A model generated the notes under the pieces. The model was given only the letters and a program-made list of their open reading frames with translations. It ran no database searches and was not told the DNA's origin. A stretch of DNA of 54,080 nt, the filler included, from Sluysia triapertura (lineage: Eukaryota): NCBI GenBank assembly GCA_046118255.1. It is 4 parts of 4 records of this genome, joined end to end, with 100 filler letters (N's around TTAATTAATTAA, not from the genome) between each part and the next. Parts side by side here need not be neighbours in the genome. Positions count along the whole stretch, not along the records: positions 25,914 to 40,804 come from JBJNIA010245320.1; positions 40,905 to 54,080 come from JBJNIA010054883.1; 2 more parts are not named here. One strand, 5' to 3'. The position numbers and the translations under genes are program-made. Positions 28,122-40,976 of this stretch are shown piece by piece (the first letter of the stretch is position 1; each line of letters starts with the position of its first letter).

Positions 28122-30200
28122 ATGAATAATAAACGAAAATTAGAAAATATTCACAATAGTTGTTCAAAACGAAGAAAATTAACATGTTAGTTAATAAATT
28201 ATATATAACTTATTTTTAGACGTTGATACATTATTAAACATTAGCTTAAGCAATTTAATTAAAGCAAAGTTGAAAATAAGCTACAATTATGCAAATTGTA
28301 GTTTATTGCACGTAATAAAAAGTTACAAAATTGTTTTCAAAGAATTAAAAAATACAGATATTTATGTATGTGATAATTTTATAAGTTGGATTTTCAGCAT
28401 TCTTGATTTAAAGTTAGAAAATAATGGGATATTGTTCGAATTTATAGATTTACTTTTTGTAATTTTTGATTCTAAAATTAAAGATAAAATCGATGATTAT
28501 GTATCAATAAAATTTCTTAAAATTTTGATAAGCTTTTATGAAAATTCAAATGTAAATAAGGAAACTATAGTGTTTGATATTGTGAAGCAAATTAAAGAAT
28601 TTAGTATTCAATCTATATATAATGAATGGTTAATAAAAAACTTTCATCTATATCTTGAAGATAAAGTATTAGATAAACAAATGCTTGGACTAACAATGTT
28701 GAATTTGGTAATAGATTATTATCCTTTCAATAAGGATAATTTTAATAAAATAATGGACACAGTTAAAAACATAATACAAAATCATATTTCTCTGAAAGAT
28801 TCACATATTTTAGAAATTAGTTTTAAATTTATGGAATTAGCACTTTGTAATGATAATTGTCTCAAAAGATGTTTTGTTAAAAGTCAAATACCATATTTTG
28901 TCGATATCTTGATATATAATTACAAAACGTATATATTAATTTTTATTATTAATTTTTATTATTGTTTTTTTTATATTTATTATTAATTTTAGTCATCATT
29001 ATTATGTATTATTATATTACTATTAATTTTTATCAATTCGATTATTATTTTATTATTATTTTTATTATTTTTTTATTTCAATTTTATTTATTATGATTAT
29101 TATTTTTTATTTTTTGTTTTAGTTAACAAGGAGTTATATTGCAGTGACCTTGTTACTAAAAATAGTTAAAGGATTAGTTTTGAAATAATTCAAAGTTCAT
29201 TTTAAAATTATTTTCAGTAAAAGTTTCAAAATTTTAAAGGTGGATGATGACAGAAGATTGTGATGAAGATGAAGATGATAATGGTACATTTACAGACGAC
29301 CGAGATGATGTTATGATCGACCGAGATGATGTTATGATCGACCGAGATGATGTTATGATCGACTGAGATGATGTTATGATCAACCGAGATGATGTTATGA
29401 TCGACCGAGATGGTACGATGCCAGAAGAATTAGTAGTAAAGATAAGCTACCGTGATGATGTTATACCAGAAGATTTAGTAGTAAAGATAGGCTATTTTGA
29501 TGATGTTATACCAGAAGATTTATTAGTAGAGATAAGTTACCGTGATGATGTCGAAGCTTTTCAAAAGTTGATGAGTTATTTTGTATATTTTGACTATCAT
29601 GACTTATGTTTTGATTTAATACTGAATATTTTAAAAATGCGTAAAGAATACGCTAAACATTTTATTGATCAAATAAATCCCAGCATTGATTTATTTGAAC
29701 ATATTTGGAGTTGTTATATTGCAAATAATAGTGATTTAATTAATGTTAATTTTAAATTTTATTCTTCTAATTTCTATTTCAATTTTTATCATACGAACTA
29801 TTTCGCTGTCAAATTCCAGCCGGAATTCCTTCGAGATGTCGCGATGTACAATATCGACCTTCGTACAGCTGGCCATGTGGCTATATTCGATTTTAACTAT
29901 CATGTTTACGGAACATATGGACCTTGTCGAATTAAAACCTTTGATTGTTTTAAACTTTGTTTCAATCGTACCCTAATTATTTGTTTTCTATATAAATATA
30001 ACAACATGGAATTTTATTTTTATTTTTATTTACTAATTTTTAATAATAATCAAATACCAGAATCTAATTATTTTAAGTCAACAAACATTTTTGTTAATCT
30101 TAATATAAAATTTCGTAACAAACACCGGCCATACCTACAAGTCTATATAAGCGCAGAACTAAATTCTTCTAAAATATCAGCCAAGATGAACAATGATTAA
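28122..30200 (+). CDS. Multi-exon hypothetical gene or pseudogene with NLS-like N-terminus and acidic repeat region
   Basis: Exon 28122-28185 (MNNKRKLENIHNSCSKRRKLT) is joined in frame to the long ORF 28220-~28928 through GTTAG...TTTTAG intron 28186-28219. A further long frame runs from ~29240 to 30200 with one in-frame TGA at 29364-29366. The middle splice junctions are uncertain and no family is recognised. Confidence 0.5.
29298..29411 (+). repeat. 21-bp tandem repeat (GACCGAGATGATGTTATGATC; DRDDVMI), about 5.4 copies
   Basis: Units start at 29298, 29319, 29340, 29361 and 29382, with a partial unit at 29403. Confidence 0.95.
29406..29552 (+). repeat. 45-bp coding tandem repeat (RDDVIPEDLVVKIxY), about 3.3 copies
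   Basis: Direct reading of the ORF and DNA. Confidence 0.9.
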
Positions 30201-33030
30201 ATTGTTAAAAAAAATTGAATATTTTTCTTGGTTTTCAAGATATTGATCGGTTTTAAACAGTTTGGTTCAAATTCTCTTTCAGTCCTTCTTGGATCTTAAT
30301 TATTGAATTTCATTTGGTTAATTAGTTGTTAGTTTTTTGTACGATAACTAACTATTTAATTAAATTGTCGTAAAATCACATTTAAACTCTCAAAACAGAT
30401 AAGCTCTCAACGCACACGACTTTTACCAACATCTAATGACTTTCTGAACTCAATTCTATGGTTATTTGTTTTACATTGTCTGTAAATAGTATGTAAATAT
30501 TAATTAATAGAAAAATAATAATAAATACTAGAAAACTATTCTCTTTTTAACTAATGCTTAAAAGCATATTTTTATTTTACAAATTTAATCCATTTATTTA
30601 ATGCATTTTTAATGGTTTGTATTATTTAAGAAAAATTAACTGATTTTTTAATGCATCAAAATAAATTTTTAATTAATTTTAATGCATCTAATGGATTTTT
30701 ATTACAAAATAAATGTTTGATGGATTTTATGCCTCATTAATTGAATTTTAATGGATCTACGATTAGCGTTATAAATAACAAAAACAAAAAATAATATCGG
30801 CAGTGAAAAGAAACGAGTTTACAAACATTGAAAGTCAAAAGACTACATGATATTATTTGAAAATCATTTAGTAAATCATTTGGATATCCTCAATTATTTC
30901 GAAATGTTGCTGGAAGAATTTCAAAATCATTTTTTTATCTGTCTCTGAATTGGATTTTTACACGATTTTTATTAAATTAGGTTTTTACCTTATTTAAATA
31001 AGGTATAAAATTCAACTTAATTTGTATTTAATTTTTAGTACTGTCTTAAGCCAGTTATAAAATCACTTTAAAATCATTTTGTAGATACATTATACTTAAA
31101 ACCTCTAATGAAATATAACATTATTAAATTGTAAAGCTTTTGAATTCAGTTTACTTATTTGTTGACTTTGTAATTTCTACATATATGAAAATAAAAGCAC
31201 TTATATTTGTTTTTATTTTTATTTGAAACCTTATTAATTTAATCAATAGATAAGCTCGTAATAAATTTAAGAGTAAAGAACATATTTTGCATTTGATTGT
31301 AACCAAAAACGTACAAGTTTACAGCTAAGTTTAAACTATAATTACAATTGTAAGAATATCGTAAATATAAAATAACATTCTAGTTTTAAGAGTTTAAGAA
31401 GCAAAGATTAGCTGAACTATAATCACCGAATAAGACTCAGTTTTATAAAATTGAAAACGTCATTTTGTTAAAAATTATAAATCGTATACTATAGGCGAAC
31501 TCGAAATAAAAATAATTTTGCACATAGGTGTCTTCCTAAAAACCTAGCAAAGTTAATCATATCAAGGAATCATTTGAATCAGAGGAATCACAATTTATAT
31601 CAAAAATTATCTACATTTCCATGCAATACTTAAGCGTGTTTTGATAGGTTTCTATCCATTCTTTAATGGAAGGATTAATATCTTAAATTTCTTTCTAAGC
31701 TATTTTAAAGGTAGCTCTAAAATACCAATAAAATCATTCACTTGGTATTAAGTTTAATCTTAATATTCGTAAACCATGATTGAAAGTCATTGTACATTGA
31801 TATTTTGTTTTCAAAATTTGTTTAATAAACTTTCTACCAATGGTTACCTATCAATGATATTAAGAACAAAATTTGTATAAAATATTTAACATTAAGTATA
31901 CGGTGAATTCGTTGAGTCATAAGTTAAAAATGAGTTATATGAATAAGCGTAATTAGTTCTAAATTTTGCTTCATGATAAAATCCTATAGAACCGTCTTTT
32001 CGAAGGAAACACCCCCAATAAATATACATATAAAAAGCACAATTTATAAAAATATTAAGATTTGTCTTATTACTTTGTAATTTTGATAGGATTTTAATGC
32101 TACGCATAATTTGAACTTTACTTTAAATAAGAAAACATTTATAACATATAACTTACGTATTTTACGTAATAGACGATACATGAAATTTAATAAAATGAAG
32201 CATTTGAGTATTAATTTTGATAGCGACATTAAGAAACTACAATCGAAGGCCCTGTTATTGAAATGGCGAAACAAATTTGACAAAATGATGATGATAGGGC
32301 ATAAAAGTTTGTATATTTGATGAAAAATGAAGAAATGAAGTAGACGATACATGAAATATAATAAAATGAAGCATTGAGTTCCAAATCAATCCATAAAATT
32401 TAGTATTAGCACTTCAAATAATAGCACATCAATTTTTTCTACTTTATACACAATTTCATGACAATAATTATTTCTAAAATTATATCAAAATGATTATAAT
32501 AATTACCATAATAATAATTAAACGATAATTATTCTCTAGATTACTCCAATTAAGGTAATGATAATAATAATAATAATTATTATTGTATTATAATTGAAAT
32601 AATAATTTTCAATATTTTAAAAATAATTATTCAATTGTTTTAGTCTCATAGAAATCGTCAGTACTGATGTATTCTTATAATCTGAAATTTTGGGAGAAAT
32701 TCGAAAAGATGGATCAATTTCAGTAGGAAGTTAACAAAAATAAACTATTGTTCGAATTATTACAATTTTCATACTAAAGTAAGTAGTTGTTTAAATTTCC
32801 ACAATCAAATATTTTTGTTTAAGTTTATTGTTTGTTTATTTATTATATTTATTACGTTGTCCGTGTAAGCCTTATTATCAATTATTACTGTTAGAAAAAA
32901 TTAAGCTTATACTTAAAAAGACTGAAGTTTAAATTTATCTCGTTTAATAAAATATACTGGAGGTTACCAACCACTCGTTTCTGGTGTAAGAAATTTGTTT
33001 GATTAATGTTAAAATTCAAGTTCTCCTTAA

Positions 33031-33923
33031 CCCTTTTGCCGCCGTTGGGACCAATTGGTCCCACTCGTATTTCTGAAAGTTTGTCAAGCTTAAGTAGGTC
33101 ATGTTTTAGAGGATTATATAAGGACAATGTTTTGCATAATCGTTTCTGCTTTTAAAATTTGTGTACGAAGTTAATTCAATAATACACCACCATTTTGTAA
33201 GAAAAATATTTAAATCAAATAAAACAAGTGAAAATATTTTAAAGTCTAAAGTTATTACTTTTGTTAGAAGATGGCAGATACTAATGATTACAATGAGTTT
33301 ATGGCTGACAAAATGTCAAACTACGATAGTGACGAAGATACTGATGTCGAAGAGAATATTGATTTTAAACCAAAATTATACATGCCAGACAAAACCAAAT
33401 ATTGGTAATCAATCATGGGACCAACTAATTTACTTCGAATATTTTTTGATAACGACTTTATGACGAGACCAACAATTATCAACTTCAAAATCCAATTGGT
33501 GAACATAAAAGAATAGCTAAATTGGTTGATGTGACTGTTGCTGACTTGTGGATTTTCTTCGGATTAGTTTTACTCACCGGACTAGCACGAAAAAATGATT
33601 TGGAACAATATTGGGCCGTGGATAGCCTCATTTCAACAATTTATGTGCGAAAGTTGTGAAAATGGAGTGCTTCTATGTGTGCCTGATTGCTTTAGAACAT
33701 TCCACACTATATTACACTTTGATAGAGAATACTAAATTTACCAGTTTTCATATTTTATGCTATTTTATTGCAAATTCATGAAAAATTATACATTTTTAAT
33801 TAATTTTGAAATTAACACTAACGCAAGTTGCGCCACCTTTGTAATGGCTTTTCTCACATATATTTCATATAATCTCTCAAATAAATTTATGTTCGCAAAA
33901 ATGTGCTCATCGGCGGTTAAGGG
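33031..33923 (+). mobile_element. Internally deleted piggyBac (PGBD4-like) element, 893 bp
   Basis: TTAA flanks both ends (33027-33030, 33924-33927). Imperfect TIRs are CCCTTTTGCCGCCGTTG and CCCTTAACCGCCGATG. Remnants: acidic N-terminus MADTNDY...DSDEDTD, then ETNNY...DVTVADLWIFFGLVLLTG...QYW, joined directly to the zinc ribbon CESCENGVLLCVPDCFRTFH. The DDD core is missing. Confidence 0.9.
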
Positions 33924-36900
33924 TTAAAATCAAATAATATTTATCAAATGTAAGTAACAACTTTAATACAACATCTATGAAATGGATAAATAGAAATAAT
34001 TCGTATAATATTTTCCATATAACATGTAGTTATATTTTGGGTGCTCGTAAATTTCAAAATTAAGTTTAAATTTAACACTTTAATTATTTTAAATGTTATT
34101 CTGATAAATATTCAAATGTTAAATGTTAATGTATTTTAAATTATAAAATGTCAGTTATTCAAATAACAATTAGATATCAAATACTTTTAACTCAAACAGT
34201 AGTTGAATACCAAATACCTTCAATGAATAACTTCTTCAATAAATAACTCGAACAACAATTGAATATCAACAACTTGAATGATTGAAAAGAACGCTTCTAT
34301 TTATATTCGATTTTTCCATAATAACGACATTTTTTAATTTTTTGTAATACAGTAAGATATAGTAAAATTACTTGCTTAATATTATTTCATTTACATCATA
34401 ATTTTTTATTATTTTATAGTTTATATGTTACTATTTTTCTCTCTTAATTTTATTTTATTCACTTCATTGTTTACTATTATGTTATTACTTTTTGTCTTAG
34501 TTTTTAATTCAAATTATATTTTGTTGTTTTTTAATGCAGAATTATATATCTTTTAATTAATTTCATAAATAATTTTTATTTTTAATTAATTTCTCATAAA
34601 TAATCTTTACAAAATAATAATTTAGAAAATAATAATTAAAAATAATAAATAAATACACTAACACTTGGTTTATATGAGGAAATTTGATATGGCAATTTTA
34701 CAGTGGTACTTGTGCCATCGCGATATCTCTGAAAGAGTAATTAATATTATTAATAAATAATTACTTTCTTTAGATATAGCTTTACTTAAATTTAAAAAAA
34801 GCCTACAAAAAAAACCTACATTTAACAAAATCATTAGTAATAATAAATGATTCGCATTAGCTGCATTGTTTAATGAAATATATAGTATTAAATTAATCCA
34901 AATTAAAACAATAATCATTATCTTTATCAACATGATCATCAAGATCATTGTCATCAGCTGTTTAAAAATTGTATACAAATTTATCATAAAAATTTGATAA
35001 ATATTTAACATTTTTTCGTGTTTCATACATAATTCTGTATCAATTTTAAGAATTATAAGTACGAAAATTTTCTTAGTTCCAATACAAAAGAATTTGCTCA
35101 TATTTTTAAGATAAGTGATGCCAAGAAGATAAAGTAAATATTTCCTTAAGAGTCAGCATAGAAATAAATTCTGTAATACAAAATCATTAATTAAATATGT
35201 CAAATACATGGAATATTTCAATATTCTTTTATTTCAGAAATGTAATGCATGATTTATTCTAAGTATTTTGTGTTTTTATTTAATAATAGATAAATTACTA
35301 AATTATAAATTCTGTATGAATTACTAAATTATCGTGACATTAGATTGAAATAAAAATAAAAAATGCTTGCTTATGCCTGCTGCCTCACTTAAATTATAGA
35401 ATTTTTAAAATTAAGTATGTGATTGAAGCATAAATTTCTATAAGTTTAATTTACATTATTAGCATTTGCATTTGACCATGACTATTTTGTATTTTAAAAT
35501 GGCAAAATACGACCCCGTAGCAATTTATAAAATTTGTTAAGTTATACCACAAAGGAAAACTTCTAGAAGAGTGAATACCATTAAAGTTTAAGTCACTTGC
35601 TATAGGCGAGCTCGTTGATTATATTTTGTGAAGAAACACTCATAATTATCATCGATCATTATAAAAGCCGTTGGTGTCAAGTAATTAAGTTCATCGAATT
35701 TGCGAGGTCTAAAAGTAAATAAAATTTAAAAAATCGAATACCTAAAAACTAAAAATCAAGTATTTAGGATCGACAGGACTCTTCCATGAGTTCAGAATCA
35801 AATGTGATAACCTCTAGCGAATCTTTATTTCCTTTTTCGGATTCACATTGTTTTGTTAATTTGATGTTTCCATTTCGTCGCCATCTTAGAGTCTTGCTAG
35901 ATAGTCGCAAAATATTCATTTTTTCAATTGTATAAATGTGATAAAAAGTTATAAAATAATTCTCTAATTTCACTAATTTTTGAATTAAAATGAGGCACCA
36001 AAACAAAGTCTTTACTCACAAGTACAACTTTAACACTATAAAGACATTGATTATCTATTTCAGATCATAGTTTGCATAAATTTATTGATCTCTTCATTTT
36101 AAATTTGAATGTACATGATTATGTACAATGAATTCGAATTCCAATTGGATATGAAATAAATTATATTGGTTTATTATGATGTGGTTTCACTTAATTTAAG
36201 CGACTTATGATCATCAATAAATAAAAATCAAATTTACAAACTTAATAACTCGTTCGCAGGATTTTTCTATTTTTATGTAAATAAGAATAGATACAAATAC
36301 AACTGTTTATGAAAGATAAGACTCAAAAAAATAGTTTCTGCATTACAACCTTGGCTTCTAAATTTACATTTCGATTAAGCTAGGTTTGAGTTATTGACTC
36401 GTTAAATAACTTTGTTCATTGGTTAACTAAATACTAATTTATGTCTTTGTTTAAAATAGGACCTGAAAAATATTAATTTACAAACCTCTTTAACATGGCT
36501 TGGAAAAGATCTATACATAACGATTATTTTACAACAATAAAAGTAAACATTTCCTTTCATATTTACATACTTATTTAAAATGAAAAAACTTTTCTGTGCA
36601 ATTTAATAAATGTTATTTACAGAAGACTAACAAGATAGATATTATATTTTGATCGACAAGTGAGATAATAAAATAAGAAAGTATTATTTCAATTAAAGGT
36701 TTCTTAATTACTAAGATAAAATTTTAGAAATAATTCACAGGCTTGTTTAAAATAATCGGTCGAAATTATATTACAAATAAAAGTTAAGTGGATTTTACTG
36801 CATTATGTAGAAATAAATGACGGAAAATTTAAATAGAATTTGTCGAAAGCAAAGGTCTCTTAGAAATGCAGAAATTTGATCCGACACGGTGAATTTATTG

Positions 36901-37150
36901 AACATGCTAAATATGGTTGTCTTGACAATAAGTTCCTTGAAAAATTGGGACGTTGCTACACAATGAAAATTGTAAGAATGTTAGAGATAATGGGTAAAAT
37001 TATAAAGATCGAAAAGAAGTATGATTCTATAATTTTGATGTATATTAATATTTTGAATTTCATAATATATCAATATTAAATAATTTACACAATAAAGAGG
37101 AAAGGAAAATCAATATTTAAACTATTAAATATGAATGTCTTATCGATATA

Positions 37151-37671
37151 TTATAGGAACAGCTTTGTAAAAATAATTAAGAAAAAAAGAAAAAATACAT
37201 CGACGGTGGAAGAAGAAGAAAGTGGGATTATAGAAGGAGAATCGGTCATTGTGGATGGAGATGCAGGAGAATGTCGAATTGTATATGTTGAAGCTGTAGT
37301 GGATGTCGTAGTTGTAGATTCCGATGTTATATTTGGTATATTAGTTGTACTTGTAGATCCAGATGATGCAGTTGGAATATACGCTGTAGATTGAGTTGGT
37401 GTGGATGGAGCTGCAGTTGATGTTCCAGTTGTATATGTTGATGCTGTAGAAGATGTCGTAGTTGTAGATTCCGATGTTATATTTGGTGTTTTAGTTGTAC
37501 TTGTAGATCCAGATGATGCAGTTGGAATTTCAGCTGTAGATTGAGTTGGTGTGGATGTTGATGCTGTAGAAGATGTCGAAATTGGCATTTTGCGACCAAT
37601 CTTTTGTTCTTTAACTAAAACCTTCTTTGTAGCATTTAGTGATTCTTCGATTGCACTTGCTGTTGATGGAG
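37151..37671 (-). CDS. Ser/Thr-rich mucin-like protein, downstream exon (150-bp repeats, possible GPI signal)
   Basis: Acceptor TTTTAG at 37673-37672 is phase 1 and compatible with the upstream donor. Two 50-aa S/T/P repeats carry NIT sequons, and the frame ends SSSSTVDVFFLFFLIIFTKLFL*. Confidence 0.75.
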
Positions 37672-37860
37672 CTAAAATAATTATTAATGGTTACAAATGT
37701 GGCAAATAAAGAAAATATTTACAATGTATGAAATTTGGACGTTGTAAATAAGAAATTATATTATTATAATAATATACATGTAATTGAATTTGCTAGCACG
37801 CCCTGTGTTATGAAGAACATGCACTGATATATAATATAAAGTCAATAGAAAATTAGTTAC

Positions 37861-38372
37861 CAGTAAGATTGGTTGATGAAACTAAAGTTGTAGTTGATTT
37901 CGATTCAACTGCTACAGTTGGTTTAGTAGTTGCAGATTCCGCAGTTGTCGTTGGCGTTTTCGCTGGTTGGGTAATTGTGGATTCCGATGTTACATTTAGT
38001 GTTTTAATTGTGCTTGTAGATCCAGATGATGCAGTTGGAATATACGCTGTAGATTGAGTTGGTGTGGATGGAGCTGCAGTTGATGTTCCNNNNNNNNNNN
38101 NNNNNNNNNNNNNNNNNNNNNNNNNNNNNNNNNNNNNNNNNNNNNNNNNNNNNNNNNNNNNNNNNNNNNNNNNNNNNNNNNNNNNNNNNCCGATGTTATA
38201 TTTGGTGTTTTAGTTGTACTTGTAGATCCAGATGATGCAGTTGGAATTTCAGCTGTAGATTGAGTTAGTGTGGATGTTGATGCTGTAGAAGATGTCGAAA
38301 TTGGCATTTTGCGGCCAATCTTTTGTTTTTTAACTAATCTCCCCTTTGTGGTTTTTATTGTTTTTTGATGAG
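37861..38372 (-). CDS. Ser/Thr-rich mucin-like protein, upstream paralogous exon (spans assembly gap)
   Basis: Acceptor GATAG at 38374-38373 and donor G|GTAACT at 37861/37860, phase 1-1. It has the same KQKIGRKMPISTSSTAST... start and the same repeat as the next exon. Confidence 0.7.
38090..38189. other. Scaffold gap (100 N) in collapsed mucin repeat
   Basis: Plain Ns with no linker; the same repeat lies on both sides. Confidence 0.95.
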
Positions 38373-40804
38373 CTATCACGATTTATGTAATGTATAGTTA
38401 AGCTATTTCTAATAATATTCTAATAACTACATCATATATTTTATAATTGATCAATGATAATATTTATTGTCTTGTGTAGCGGCCTATACCTGAACGATAC
38501 ATTTCTTCATTAAACATCATTATTATCTTTTTAATTCTACTTGCCTTATGTTAAATGACTTAATTAGGTCAACATAAATCAAAATATTGTTTTAATAAAC
38601 TTATTTACGTTTATAATGTTTTACAACCTAATTATAAGTCAATCGAATCGATGAATAACATCATTAGTCGATAAGGAATTATAGCCACCGCTTTTTGATT
38701 ACAATCATTAGAAATTCGTGATATTGTTTTGGCAATTGGTATTCCATCCTAACTCTATTTTCCATATTCGTATTTTGGTTATTACATTGGTAATCGGAGC
38801 CGTTATTCGGTATCGTGAAAATATATCATAATGTTGCTGATTTTATTTTATTAAACCAGTGAAATAAAGAAATCGCTTAAAAATAGAATAAGAGATTCTA
38901 GAATATTCAATGGATTTTCATTGGCCAATGACTAGTGTATAAACTAGCATTAACTTACTGAAAATCGCCATTTTGAAAAATCATTTGATTCATTCATATA
39001 GGTTTAATTTTAACTTCAGAAATTTTATATTATTTTAGAAATCCCAAATATAATGAGGGTTAATATCAACTTAAAATATTTGAGTAATATATTAAAAGCT
39101 CTCGGAGCTTTAATCCATATATATTTATTCTTTTGTCTTACTTATATTATTGTCAAAATATTTTATCTTATATTTAAAATCAACGTTTTTTTGTAATATT
39201 TAATTATTTAATTATTAATTATTAAAGCCTTTTTGATACTCTTGAGTATTTGTTAAGACCCTAGTCACGTAACATTTATATTTAAGATAAGTTATCCATT
39301 CACTAGTTACAGGAACGTCCTCTTAACGATATAAGATGTTTACTGTAACCGAACCCAGCTCAAAAAATATTTTGCCGTAGATTCAGTATTAGAAAAACCA
39401 CAGCAAGATCAACATCTACTGTACTAATTCTACTATTAAAATAAATATTAAATAAAATTTTTAAATAATAATATTAAATATTAAATATTAATTTTTCTAT
39501 CTTGTTTTTGTTTGGTAATTTTTTATGCGATTTTTTGTGCGTTTTTCGAAAGCTATTTTTTATAGGTCTTATGAAGTTTTATGTGATTTTTTATGAGTTT
39601 TCTATCCACCGCACAAGAACAGGTATGAGTGTAATGTATTAAATTCCATATTCTATTTGTTCCTTAATTCTTGTTTGTGTTATTTGTTCGATTTAATGTG
39701 AGATTGTAAAAAATAAATTAAATCGAAATTTATAATTTAAGTTTCGTTTAAGAGTGACATTATCAGACAAACAATAAAATGAAAAATTTTTTAAATTCTG
39801 TAACATTATCTTCCCGGTGTGTGTATAAATTTTTTATTATATCCAGCATTTATAAATACTAAATATATCTATTAAATTTGTCGTTTTTGATATCTAATTT
39901 TTATTTCAGTTTGTGGTTCGGTTGCTTTATATATATATTCTTCATTTCGGAATTTGCATATCCAACCCATTTTGTTTTTTCCCTTACTTTTGAATTCTAA
40001 TTTTCCATCTTACCATCGTGTTTGATATTAACACATTCTTTGACATTAACACGTTCTGTACATATATGAAGAAATTATCAATATTATAAAAAAATTGATT
40101 TTTCAAAGCATTGATAATGTTTTAATTGTTTTACCAATAAATAAATTATCATAAGATAAAAAACTGAAAGATTTATTTTTTGCACACATGTCCAAAAATC
40201 GCTCACTTTTAAGATTGAGATAAAATAGTCCGCTAATAAATCCAAATAAATCATTTAAGAATTATATTTCAAAGAACGTTAGTGAGGAAAAATGTCAGAT
40301 TTAAACATACTTTGCTTAGTTAACCCTTTCAGCCCCGAATTTTTTTTCCTTAAGATATATGGAAATTTTTGCACAAATATGGCGGCGCTCCGATGTTACG
40401 TAATTATGTTCAAGGTAATCTTTATATCTGGAGGAAGCTAAAATTATGCTCTTCGCATTACTTTAGTAGGATCTTGCATAGCAGTTGTGTAAGAGAAAAA
40501 ATGGGTTAATAGTTTGTATAAATTAATTGATTCATCCATTTTAAGTGCAACTGTGATTGGATATTAAATATATTCCATTGATTTATAAATTTATCATTTG
40601 CAAAACCAACCAATGAATGAAATGAGTAAAATCATCTAATATTTCTTAACATTTTTTGTACCTATTTATATAGGCCATAAAAAGACTAAATTCTTGTTAC
40701 TTTTAAAAAATATGAGAAACGTTTTATACTAAATCAGTTTTCGCACGAAATGACTCATACAAATTAATAAAGTAAGATAAGATATAATTTAGAAAGAGAA
40801 AATA

Positions 40805-40904
40805 NNNNNNNNNNNNNNNNNNNNNNNNNNNNNNNNNNNNNNNNNNNNTTAATTAATTAANNNNNNNNNNNNNNNNNNNNNNNNNNNNNNNNNNNNNNNN
40901 NNNN
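40805..40904. other. Artificial contig-joining linker
   Basis: 44N-TTAATTAATTAA-44N. Confidence 0.98.
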
Positions 40905-40976
40905 ATAAAATTATACGTGCATTTTCACTGCAAAAGTTCAAAATGGGTCATTTGACCCGTTATGGTATGTTTAGTG
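40905..40976 (-). mobile_element. piggyBac-like element terminus truncated by contig start
   Basis: The reverse complement reads TTAA-CACTAAACATACCATAACGGGTCAAATGACCC, a TTAA flank plus the subterminal palindrome GGGTCAnnTGACCC-type. Confidence 0.45.

Noticed and set aside
29364-29366. Selenocysteine or alternative genetic code
   Set aside because: Sibling repeat units have CGA (Arg) at this position, and the SK gene model ends in an ordinary TGA.
29298-29552. CRISPR-like array
   Set aside because: The units are contiguous tandem repeats with no unique spacers, their lengths are multiples of 3, the context is eukaryotic, and there are no cas genes.
31960-32730. RKDGSI peptide on both strands (~31990 minus, ~32705 plus) as a NIDO-like or duplicated exon
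   Set aside because: The match is only six residues, with no extended alignment and no convincing gene model.
37131-38057. Plus-strand Val/Asp-rich ORFs (37131-37394, 37869-38057)
   Set aside because: They are antisense shadows of the Thr/Ser mucin repeats; the splice signals are on the minus strand.
37996-38089. Frameshift in the mucin (HQLQLHPH reading)
   Set aside because: It is caused by the arbitrary 100-N gap length; a 44+150k bp fill restores the S/T frame.
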